64,000 bases of DNA, taken from a virus. This document shows positions 29,746 through 41,700 of the stretch, one piece after another. Each line of letters opens with the position of its first letter. Positions within the stretch are counted from its first letter, which is position 1. A program made the position numbers and the translations under genes. A model generated the notes under the pieces. It was not told the DNA's origin, ran no database searches, and saw only the letters and a program-made list of their open reading frames with translations. The DNA is taken from IMG/VR virus record IMGVR_UViG_3300017728_000002, positions 21,482 through 85,481 of that record. The stretch is one strand, 5' to 3'.

Positions 29746-32700
29746 ATGTCTGAAAACAACACTACTCCTGATTCTTCTTTTGAATCTCGTCAGGAAGACG
29801 CAGGGCTTACGCCTAAATCCAACATCCGTTTTGGCTTAAAACAAGACCCGCTCTATCAAGAGCAAGGGATGTTTCAAAGCCGTATGACCGAAAATCCGCA
29901 GGTCAAAGGAATAGACGTACAGAAGTATGCCCCTTACACAGGGTACATTACCCACCTTGGCACGCGTGATGCTATGCGGGCACGTGGTCAAAGCGTTGCA
30001 GAAAAGTGGGGCAATGGAATTTATCAAGCTGTAGTAGGCGAAGTAGTTGGGGGCAGTCTTCAAGGCTTAGGAGCCTTAGGTATGCTGGTTGACAGTGAGA
30101 AGAACTTTCTTTATGAGCTAGGTGAAGCCATCAATGAAGGAGCAAGAGACGCTACTCCTATTTATAAGCATAGCGACAAAGCGTTTGCGTTCAATGATGC
30201 TGGTTGGTGGGCCAGTAATCTGGGCAATATTCTTAGCACTGTAAGTATGTTGGTGCCAGGTATGGCAGTGTCCAAAGGTGCAAGTCTAGCTGCTCGAGGT
30301 CTTGTTGCAGCAGGTAAAGCTGGCAAGGCTGTTAAAGCAGGAAAAACCATTGGCAAAGCTGGAAAGGTTGCAGGTAAGGCTGCAGGTGAAGCTGCTGACG
30401 TTACTGCAGATGCTATGAAAGCTTCTGTGCGCGCACAGCGGCTAGAAAAAACCATGCAAACAGTTGCAGGTGGTTATGGCATGCGTCACGCTGAAAACAT
30501 TCGTGAAGGCGTAGATGTCGCTGTCCAAGCTGAGGAAGAGTTTATGCAAGATGGGCGGGCTTTAGAAGATTTTAAAGGGACTGTTGCGTACGATCAATAC
30601 CTCAAGGATCACGATCAGAAAGCGCCTATGAACAAGCAAGAGCTTGCTTCGTATGTCGGAGGTCAAGCAGCAGTGCGTTCGTATCAATTTAACATGTTGA
30701 ATCTGGTATTTGATGTGTTTCAAATGGGTACAATTTTTAAGCCCTTTAAAGCTGTAACGCGCGGTCAAGGTGTAGGTAAAGTAGGAGCTGCAGCCGCTGG
30801 TAAAGCAGCCGCTGGATTGGATAAAGGAACGCGTGCTACTCGAGCTTTAGAGAAAAGCAAAGGATTCTTAACTGAAGTGGGCAAAGCTGCTACAGAGGGC
30901 ATAGAAGAGTCAATCAACTTTATGGGAAGTGGCGAGGGCATGGCCCGTGCAGAATATTTAAGAGGGGTAGAGACTGGAAGCTTTGGAGAACGTCTTGACG
31001 ATTACTTCCACGACTCGCACTTGTATGAAAGTGCTTTCTGGGGTTTCCTTGGAGGAGGAGTGTTTCAAGGTCTTGGGTCCATTATGGGCAAGAAGCAAGA
31101 TGCTGCTATGACTTCTTTGCTTCGCCAGCAAGAAACCTTGGTTCGCGAAAGCGCAGAACTAGCCAAGGCTGAGAAAAGTGGCGATACAGAAAAAGCCAAT
31201 CAAATTCGAGCCAGGGTAATGGCTGATTTGGGCATCCGTGCTAGCCAATCTGGACGTGTAGATCAATTGCTAGATCAGCTCAATAGCGATGACTTCATGA
31301 AGCAGCTCCAAGAGCAAGGTCTGTTGGGCGAAAAGAGCATTGAAGAAGCTCGTAATGAACTGATTGAAGGCGTATTAAAGCAAGAAAAAGACTACAAGAA
31401 GATTGCTGAAGTTGCGGAAGAATACGGGTTGAGTAGTCAGGAAATGTTTGTCTTGCTTAAACAGCAGAACTCGTATGATGCTGGGTTAAAAAGCATTGCT
31501 GAGAAGCTTGAAGCAATTGACGATGCAAGCATTACTGAAGATCAAAAGCTTGCAGCTAAGTTTCAGCTGCGCGATTCGTTGGTTGAGCTTCAGAAGAAGG
31601 TAAAAAAGGAAAAGGGCAAAGACTCAAAGACTCCGTTTGGAGCAGAGTTAAAAGCGTTGCAGGAAGAGCTTAAAGACAAGGAGAAGCCTGCTGAGTTTGA
31701 GAAACTGCTGACCTACGAGGCTTTCAATCAAGCAAGGTTGTTGGCCGAACAAACCAGGTTAAAGCGAAAGCGTGCTGAGCTTACTACTGAACAGTCTCTT
31801 GCATATACTCGAACTACAGTAAATGCGTACAACAAGAATCAAGAAAAAGTCATTGCTGCTAGTTTCAAAAAGAGAGTTGCTGAAGAAGAAAATCTAGATA
31901 TTCTCAATAAACTTCTTGAACAGGCCAAACGAAATAAAGCTAAAGACCAGGAAATACTAATATCTGAGCGCATTGCTGAATTGAAAAAAACCAATGCTGA
32001 CAAAACAGATGCAGACAAAGCTCAAGAGGAAAATGAAGAAGGAGGTACTCCTGTACCTAAAGATGACTCTACTGAAGAAAATGAGCCTCCTACAGAAAAT
32101 GAACCTTCTAAAGAGAATGAGCCTCCTGAAGAGAATGATCCTGATGTAAGTGATGTTCTACCTGAAGGAGTAGTTCTCGAAGATGATGACGAGGTAGACT
32201 ACACCCTTGCTTATAGAGAGCCTTACGCTGATGGTTCTCCTTTTGATTTTGGTTCATTAACCAATCAGGAACGAAGGTTTTTAGATGCTTTAGATAACTT
32301 AGATACCGCTGAAACAGTGGAGAAAGCTCAAGCCCTTGTTTCTTTTGTACGCAACTACATTTTAAAGCAGCAAGAAGAAGGGAAGCCAATTAAACGCAAG
32401 TTTGATGGTAAAGTGGTTGACCAGGCTATTGCATATTTAGCAGAGGCTGAAAAAACTCCACCAGCTGCACCACAAGATTCTGCACCACAAGATTCTGCAC
32501 CACAAGATCCTACTTCGGACCCACCTACAGACCTACCTACAGATGACTTAGAGAATAGTACAGTCAAGGCTTTGAAAGCCATTGCTCGTCAAGAAGGGTT
32601 GACAGGTTATTCTAAGTTGAACAAGGCAGAGCTAGTTGCTGCTATTCGTGCACATCGTGAGCAAGCTACTTTGTTTCCTGAAAATAAAGTAACTCCACCT

Positions 32701-35700
32701 ACAGATGAATCGCCTGCTGAAAAGAAACGGAGAGAATCGCAGCAAAACCGTGTTGAGAAGCACAGCAAAGAACTTTATGAAGCGTTAGAAAGCTATGCAG
32801 AAGCTGTAGCTAATAGAGATGCACTTCAAGATTCTAAGAATGCAGATAGTAAGGAAGCTGTTGCTGCTGAACTAGCCGCAGACAAAGCGGCAATGAAAGT
32901 GTTAAATGCCTTAAATAATCTTACTAGTCACAGTCTGTTGTCTCAACAGAACAAAGTAGAAAGCTACATCTCTTCAGACTTACGTGAGTATATGGAGCTA
33001 GCTACAGAGACTTTAGAACAAGATGGTTACACTTCAGATCATGTAAAACCTGGTCAAGTATATGACGAAACGTTGTCGGTAGATGTGGAGATTGTTAACG
33101 ACGAAACTTTAGAGCCAGGAGTAGAACTTATTCAAAAAATTAATCAACCCGAAATACGTAAAAAAGGAAAGGTGATACAGCGTGGCCAAGTTGTTGTTGT
33201 ACAAGGGCCTTTGCTGAGTAAGCCAGTTATTGAACCAGAAACAGTTGAAGCTCCAGAAGGTCAGATCAAGATGATCATGAATGACTTGATGGAAGCGTTT
33301 TTGCAGCAGATGCAAATTCGCACAAGCGTAACCATGCCTACTACGCGTGTTAGGGAACACGCTCTTATTGAAGGGACTCGCTTGACTTTAGAAGGGCCGG
33401 TGGCAGAGCAGTATGAAGCGCTCATGTTTGCCTTGACTAACCCGTCAGCATCGGTTACAATTCGCATTTCAGACAATCAAGTAGAGGTCAAAAACCCCAT
33501 TTACAAAACATCGGTAAACAACAAGCTTGGGGTCAAATCTTTGACGCGAAAGACTGTTGGGTCAAAGACGTATACCTACGAAAACGAAGAAGACAACTCT
33601 CCTGACTACGAGGTTGTCGTTGAGTATCAGGGTAAAACTGTAGTCATTGGAAATGTACCTAGGGTGGGTACGTTGTTGAAGCAAGCTTCGCGTCTTCAAA
33701 ATCAATACCGCAATCAGCCAACAGGCGATGACGCAGACGCAAACCCATACTGGAGAAACGCATATGCAGATGCCAACCTCAATGCATTGCAAGCCATTAG
33801 ACATGCAGATGCGATAGCTCTATTTAGAAAATATCTGGATTCTCAAGACAGCGGATCTATCTCGTTTACTGGGTTGTCTGAGCAAATTGCCCTAGACGGC
33901 AGCTTTAAGCGCGGTAGTCTGCTTCGTCCTAGCGATCAAATGGATACGCTAAATATGCATCCAGAAGTCACAGATGCCATAGACGAACACGGGCTGTGCG
34001 TCATGATGACTGATCCTTCTAGTGGAGAGCCTTATCTGTTGAATCTAAAAACGGGTTTAAAGACTGCAGTACCATACCAAGATGGTGTGATGGCTATGAA
34101 TGCTCAAGCAGGGACTTATGCGTTTAAAAACCAGTCTAACAAGATCTCTAGTACCGGAGCAGTTTTCATTCCTATCCGAGATCCCAACTCACCTTTAAAG
34201 CCAATGTGGGTTCGCATGCCCGACATGACTTTGAAAGAGGCCAATCGTACCGACTTTGTAAGCAACATCTTGTACGGACCAGGCACTTCAGAACAAAAGT
34301 TTGAATTGCTTCGAAGTGTAATGTCTACACCGCCTCCAAGTGTGACATCTGAAAGTCAGATCATGGAAGGGTTCACAGGCGCAGCTTTTATAAGCGGACC
34401 GTCTAATGGACAACCTCGATTGGTTATTCTCAAAGACAGGAAGATTGTCATGGACTTTAATCCAGATGGCACGCCTCGCACTGAGATTCAAAAAGCTGTT
34501 CTTGAGCAGCTGAAGTTTAGGCTAGATGCAAAATCGCCCGAGCTTGCCAGCTACGAAAAAGAAGGAAAACGAGACGAGGAAACTAGGCAAACTTTAAAGT
34601 CGTTAGCTCAAAGCATTAAGCAAAACGGTAGAATGCCTATTGCTCCCGTTGTTAAAAAAGACAGTGCGGGTAATGATGTAATCATAGGCTACCACCATCC
34701 TGTTCCTGCTGCACGATTTGAACGAGACAGAGAAGCGCAATCTCAAAACCAACTGTTCAACCCAGAGGCTCAGAGTACCATGCTGCCTATTGCCATTGAT
34801 ATGGCACGTCTTCAAGCTCAAAACCCAGAAGCTCCTGCATCACCAGATACAAAACCTACAGACACTTCTGATCCGAAGAAGTCCAACGAAAAAGGGGGGG
34901 AGTCGACTGATTTTTGGAATGAATCAGATGACGGTGCAATGTTTATGACTGTAGAAAAGGCTTTAGCAAGCGACTTTTACGCCATGTCTACCTCTAAAGA
35001 TCAGTTAGAAGCGGAGTTGTGGCTTGCTAAAAACCTGCCTCACGTTCCGTTTCGAAGAGTCAAGGGCCTTATTGAACGTGGCGGTGTTACCGCATACGGT
35101 ATATGGGAACAGGGTATGATCAGGGTCAGTGATATATCTGTAGTAGGTACAGAGTATCACGAAGCCTTGCACGCTGTAATGGACACATACCTTTCTCCTA
35201 AGCGAAGAGCAAAGATTATGGCTGAAGCCCGTGCTAAGTATGGAGACTTAGGGCCTATCAAGCTAGAAGAAAAGATTGCTGAGGCTTTTCGAGAGTACAT
35301 GCTAACGGAAGGAAAAAGCATGACAGAGAAAAGTGCACTGCGCCGGTTTTTCTCTGAGATACTGGCATTGGTTCAAGCCATGTTCCAAGGACAATACCGT
35401 ACTCGGCAGTTGATGCAAAACATCAACAGAGGGAGGTATGCGTATAAGCCTAGCCAGCGCTCTAAAAACTTTCTGACTAAGTTCAGTAAGGTTCCTGCCT
35501 TTGATGCTGCTGAAATGAGCGAGCTAGAGCAGGTCATGCCTTTTTTGGTAAACTACATCCTTAAAGACATTCGTGAAGCATTTGTAGGGAACAATCCAAA
35601 AGACGTGCTTATGCGACGTTATGGAAGGGAAGAAGACGCCCAAGTACTTGAAGGATTGCTCCAAACGATAGCAGAGATTAAAGACTTGTCTGTAGAATCA

Positions 35701-38700
35701 GATGAAGACGGAAATACAATAGAAATTCAGCGAGAGAAAAAGAAGCTCATAGCTGAAGGTATTATTCGCGTAATTTTTGATAGTCGTGGGTTGTTCCAAT
35801 ACATGATTAAGTCTTCAAGTAGAGCGTCTGAAGAAAGAAAACTAGAGATCTATGATCGGTTAGGTCATAACGAAGAAGTACTGGTTGAACACTTCAGTAC
35901 AAACCCAAGAGTGCAGCGCATGATTATGCAAGCAATTGCAATTGATGCCAGCACAGGTACCACGGACATAGAGCAGAACTTCTCTGCTAGCATAGCAGAA
36001 ATCAATCCTATGGATAAGGTTCCTGCCAGTATCAAGAACTTGATTTCAAGAACCATTTACATCCCTGGAGACAGAAGTGGTCGCTTGATTGAAACAATCT
36101 TAGGTAATCAAGGTACCGAAGCAGCTCTTGAAGCCATTGCAGAAGTGTCAGGCACTGACGTAGATAAATCTGATGCCTTCAGTCGATTTGGCTTGCCTCG
36201 GTTTTTACAGTTTGAAACGGTGTATCCTTTCCTGTTAAACCAGTTGAGTTCGCTGCCTTCATACGAAGCTATGGAAACCCGGATGCTAGAGTTGAGCGTG
36301 TACAACCCAAGCTTGGCATCTATTGTTTTGGCATTGCGTAAAGACGCTGAGCCAGGCACACTTACAGAACTGCAAAAACAATTCTATGTGGGCATGAAAC
36401 GCGCAAGCTCAGAAGAGCTGAACGTTTCTTTGGAAACCCAGTATGATGAAAGAGTTGAACGGAAATTTCAAGTACCTGTAGTAAAAGATGAGTTCATTTA
36501 TGAACCGGCCTGGCATTTGGTCCAACGTAACAAGGAGGCTGTTTACAACGCCATCCTTCAGTTTACTCCAGCGGAAAAGGAAAAGGTCCTAAATGCTTTA
36601 AGTGCGTTGGCAAAACAGCGTAACGAAACTCCTGAAGTAAGAGTTAAAACCATTAAAATTTTGGTTAGGACTTTTCAAAAACTTGAGTTTTCTACTATGG
36701 ACCCTTCTGCATTGGCTAACGCTATGCATGTTATGTCTAATAATGAATTAGGCGGGTTAGCTGATATGCTTGAACGTCTCATTCTTGCTGGAAATGAAGC
36801 GCAGACTTCAGCAATACTTAGGGAGGTGGTACGAATTATGAAGCTTGCTGACGCAGACATGGGCGCAGTTCAAAGCTCGTATATGTCTAATCTGAAAACC
36901 AAGTATGCTCACGTCAATCCTTCTTATTTAACCGAAGAATTAGACCGCTTAAAAAGCGCCTTTAAAGAAGAATACCTTAAAGAAAGGTTTGCCCACAATG
37001 CTCATTTAGAAGAGAGTATGTGGCATATTATGTTGGATGAAGAGTCTTTAACCTATCGCAGGTTTGGACAACTGGGCCCGCATGCATACACCGATATGGA
37101 TGTAGCGCAAAGGCTTGAGTATGACCTTCTAGCATTGTTTAGAATGGGTAAAAATGCTCAAGGACGTCAGATCAGAGTTACGGGGTACTCTGCAATCCCT
37201 ACACCTAGCGATGCAACTGGATCGTTTATGGTCAGTAACGACTTTGTACATTATCCTGAAAACGTTAAAAACAGGATTTTAGCCAGTATCTACGACGCAG
37301 AGACACGTAAAGACGTAACCCATATGTCTTTGCCTATTGATCGTAGTAAAGTAGACATCAATAGCATAGAGTCTAAAGCCGAGTATATGCGTGCTTTGCT
37401 AGAGCAAGAAGCCGCGGCATTGCTGTCTATTCCAGAGTTCAAAGAAGTCATAGACAAGCTACAAGTTCCTTTAGGGTATGGACCAGTCGAGGGACGCAGT
37501 CGAGATGAGGGCCGCGTTACGATGGTCAACTCATATGTAGCCGCTACATATGTATCCAATTGGAACGTGTCTAATTGGATGGGTGGAACCATTGATCACT
37601 TTGGAGGAGACGTTACCAAGTATCAAAAGCGTTTTAAGCAGATTATGAGCCCTGGGCAAACCAGCGCAGATAAAGGCACGTTTAGAAACGTAACCATTGA
37701 AGATCCCGTAGTTTTTGAAGACTGGGCAACAGAAGTAGAGTACTCTGACAATGGCAAACCGGTTAAGAACGCGGACGGAACTTACCGTCGTATTCCATCT
37801 GCCATTGATCGTGCTGATGCACAGAGCTATGTAACGCTAGACTTTTGGGAGCGGATGCTTTCTTCTCATGGAGAGCTTACAGACTATAAGAAAGCGGTCA
37901 TAGAAAAAGCCCGTAAAGGAGAGGCTCTAAGTGTGTCTGAGCGTTCAGTATTTGCTCCATACAAGCCCTTCTACTTTGGATGGGTTCAAGGCCAGCCGCA
38001 CCAACTTAAAAACTCTGTCATCCCACTTTTACCACCGGTCAAAGGTCAAGCTCCCATTAGCGTAGAACTAGAGGCTATGCGTAAGTGGATGGTACACCCA
38101 GATAATAAAGTAGATCAAATCACTTTGAAGTCTGCGCACAAGGTGGGTGTGACCAGCAAGGCTACTTCTATGTTTCAGGATGGCAAGTTCAAAGCACCAG
38201 AGCCTGGGTACACTCAGTACGACTTGCCCATGGAGTTCCACCGCAATCAAGTGTCTATTACAGAACACAACAACCACAATGGAACAGTAGGCTTGGGTAC
38301 TCAAACAGGTCCAATCATTATGTCTAACCTCAGGAATTATGAGGGGTTAGGGGAAGTACACATCCAAAAGTTGCTTAAGACAGAGCAACGCATGATGAAC
38401 ATGAAACTCAAGGAGCTTAAAGGCAAGCTCTTTGTACAAGGCACAGAATTAGGCAAGAACGGCGAGGAAGATGTAAGCAAGCGCACAGTTCCAGACGTAG
38501 CTCGTGTACGGCAGTATGTGCTAGACAACGTGCGTGATGATGTGCATCCAGCAGTTCTGGAAATTCTAAGCTCTCCCTTGGCTTCAGCAGGACGCATTAG
38601 TCCTTTGGTTGCTTTTGCGGTAAACCAAACTTTAGCAGCTGCCGTTCAAAAGGACTTTAAGAAGCAGAAAGTAACAGGCGGTATGCAGGTACAAATCTCT

Positions 38701-41700
38701 GATCTAGGCCATACCAATCCTACCACAGATGCGGACTTAAAAGGCATGCGTGTAGTAGGAAGTCAGCAAGAAGTTGAAGGTCCTTACACTTGGGACGACT
38801 CTATGGCTACAGATTTAATTGTGGGGATGAATAACCGAGAGTTTGTAGTTGTAAAACTTGGAGAATCCCCAAAAACAGGTCGAGAACTAAATGCTGATGA
38901 TTTTTTAAATGGACTTAAAGAAGGTTTTGAAGTCATAGACATGCATGGTAAAAAGCCTATGACCGTAGGCTTAGATTCAGCCATGGCTTCGTTAATGAAG
39001 CGAGATTTTGAAAAATGGTTAACTACTAAGAAAAATCTTAAAACACGTCCACAATCATTAGTTACTCCAGAATATATCAGTGACTATTCAGACCCAAAGC
39101 GAGAGCTGGCTCGCTACGTAAAAGAGCGTCAAACGAATAGAAAAGACTTTGAAGTTGATCCTGAACTAGAGTTGGCTTATGAATACTATCGATCTAAAGA
39201 GATTGATTCAGATAGGAATAACGAGGCTTTTACGTCTTCTTCTTCTTCTCTGCCTACAGGACCAGAAAAAGTTGTAATGGCCGAGGTCAAGATGAACAGA
39301 AAGTTCTTGCCTAAGCAATACAGGGAAATGAGCATTGAAGAGATTCGTGCCATTGACCCTACACTGCTTGAAGTCATGGTCTATCGTGTTCCTGCAGAAG
39401 GAAAGAATTCTATGGCCATGTGTAAGGTGGTGCAGTTCTTGCCTTCAGGTCAAGACGGCATGGTCATCCCCGCAGCTTTTGTAGCTCAAATGGGATCAGA
39501 CTTTGACATTGACAAGCTCTTTGTGAATTGGAAGAAGGTGCCTAGGGAAGGCAGAGAGCTCAATGCTTACGACCGAGCAGCCAATAAGTTTTTTGATTTA
39601 CAGAAGGATGTGCTGATGAATCCTGAAGTGGTAAAGACAGAAGTGCTTGTACCACAGGGCTTTGAAACCATTAAGGCGTTTCGTACGGAGATGGCTACTG
39701 CCCGCAGGAAAGGAGGGGTTTCAGACATTGATGTCTTTGCTCAAAGACGTCCGTATAGTGCTTTGACTCACTTGCAATTGTGGTCAGACAATGTAGCAGG
39801 CATTGGATTGAAAGGCATTGCTGCCAACAACAATACGTTTTGGATGAAAGTCCAACGTCACAACATGCAAGTGGAAGGAATTCCTATGAAGGATATGCCG
39901 CTTGAGTTGATGCAATGGAATGCAGAAGCAGTAGCTGCTTCTATGGACGGCGCAAAAGACCCTGTCTGGGGTACTATGGGCATTGACCGCAAGAACTTCT
40001 CGTTCTTCATGTACGAGTGTACCATGGGGTACATGCGGGCAATGAAAGAGAACCCAAGTGCAGACAAGGTTAAAACCTTGAATAAAGCTCGAAATGAAGC
40101 ATTAGCGGCAGCAACTGATTCAGATGTTATGCAAGCCATGACCACACGGGTTAATGACTTTAATGCAGAAACAGAAAAGACAGACAACGTAAAACGGTAT
40201 CAGGCTTATTTAAAGCAAGAGGCATACCGGGCGTTGAAAGACTTGACCCGTGTCAGTGAGATGAAAATCAATAAGGAGTTGATTGATCTTCTTGCAGCTA
40301 AAGAGCCCGTTCTAGATAATTATAACCTTACTCTAGACGCTGAAGGCAATATTATTTTAGACAGCGATGGTAACCCAGAGTTGCAAGCGGTAAAAGACGC
40401 CAAAGGAAACACTCTTCCAACCATGGGAAAGGCTTATGTCAATGCTCCTGTCATTAAAGGCGCTTTGGATATTGCCACTGCTTCAGAGTTGCTGATGAGT
40501 GGCGGTATGGGGATTCACTATTACCGCACTGTAGGTCGTTATAACGGCATCAGTTTCCCGCAATACTGCGCGGTTCAAACCTTTAAAGCAGCTGATGAAT
40601 TTGTAGAAGGCAAGCGCGCAGAGGTCATGGGTGAGAGAAGCGTCAGTGAGCGTTTTAGAGAAGTGGACCTAGAGGATGTTCAGTCTTGGAACATGCGTCA
40701 TTGGATCGTTTGGTTGAATACATCTGACGAAGGCCGAGCAATTCGAGACGACAAAGACAACGCGTTCTTGCGTAAGATGCTCTTGCATATCACGGTAGGC
40801 CGAGCCTACGAAGTAAACTACAATCGTTACGATCGGATAACGCCAATCCAGCTTAACGACCCTATCAAAGCAGAAGAGTTTCAAAAGGCTTGGGAAAACA
40901 CATTGACTCCGCCTTTATCCTATGAAGGGTCTGTTCACTACCCTTCTGAGTTTGCCAAAGCCTTAGTTCGCTACGAAGCTGCACGCAGTGGGTGGAGACG
41001 AGGGTCTTCAACCTTCACGCAGTTCTTGCCTACGGAGATTGTAAAAAATGTAAGCGGAGAGGACGCTACATCCTTGCAGATTGCAGCTCATGCTGTGTTG
41101 GATTCTAGGGTAGAGTCCGGTACAGAAAAAATGGCTTTGCTCAGCAACAGGCCTATGCGCTATGGTAAGCACACTTACGTGACTTTGCCTGGCGAAAACA
41201 GGCGGACAAAAGTGACCACTCCTGTTTTGATGCTTGGGTTCAGAGGCATGTCATCTATAGATGCTATTGCAGGTGAGTTGCAGGTCAACCAATCCACTGT
41301 AGAGGAAGAGATAGCTGAGTACAAAGCCAAGCAAAAGAAGAGTCAAAGCCTTGAAGCATTTGGAGATATTGCTTCATCTACTACTACTTCTGAGCGCATT
41401 GCTATGCTTCAGAGTCGGTTTGCTTCTTATGGTATTAAGGTAAGAGTGGAGTTTGATTCCACTTTAGAAGGTGCCGGTGATGTGCAGTACGATAAGGAGT
41501 CTGGGGTCATTCGACTCCACCCTGATCGCATGAAAAGCGATACGGTCTTGCACGAGTTTGGTCACATCTACATTGAGATGTTGGGGTTTGAAAACCCTGC
41601 TGTTCAGCAAGCCATTGAAGAGTTGCGCAACACTGAGCTGTATCGAGAGGTAGCAGAGATGTATCCACACTTAAGTCAAAGAGACTTAGATATGGAGGTT

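Noticed and set aside
38755-39270. Intein or group I intron in the RNAP
   Set aside because: No C-terminal HN/splice-junction residues, no homing endonuclease motif, and the frame is uninterrupted
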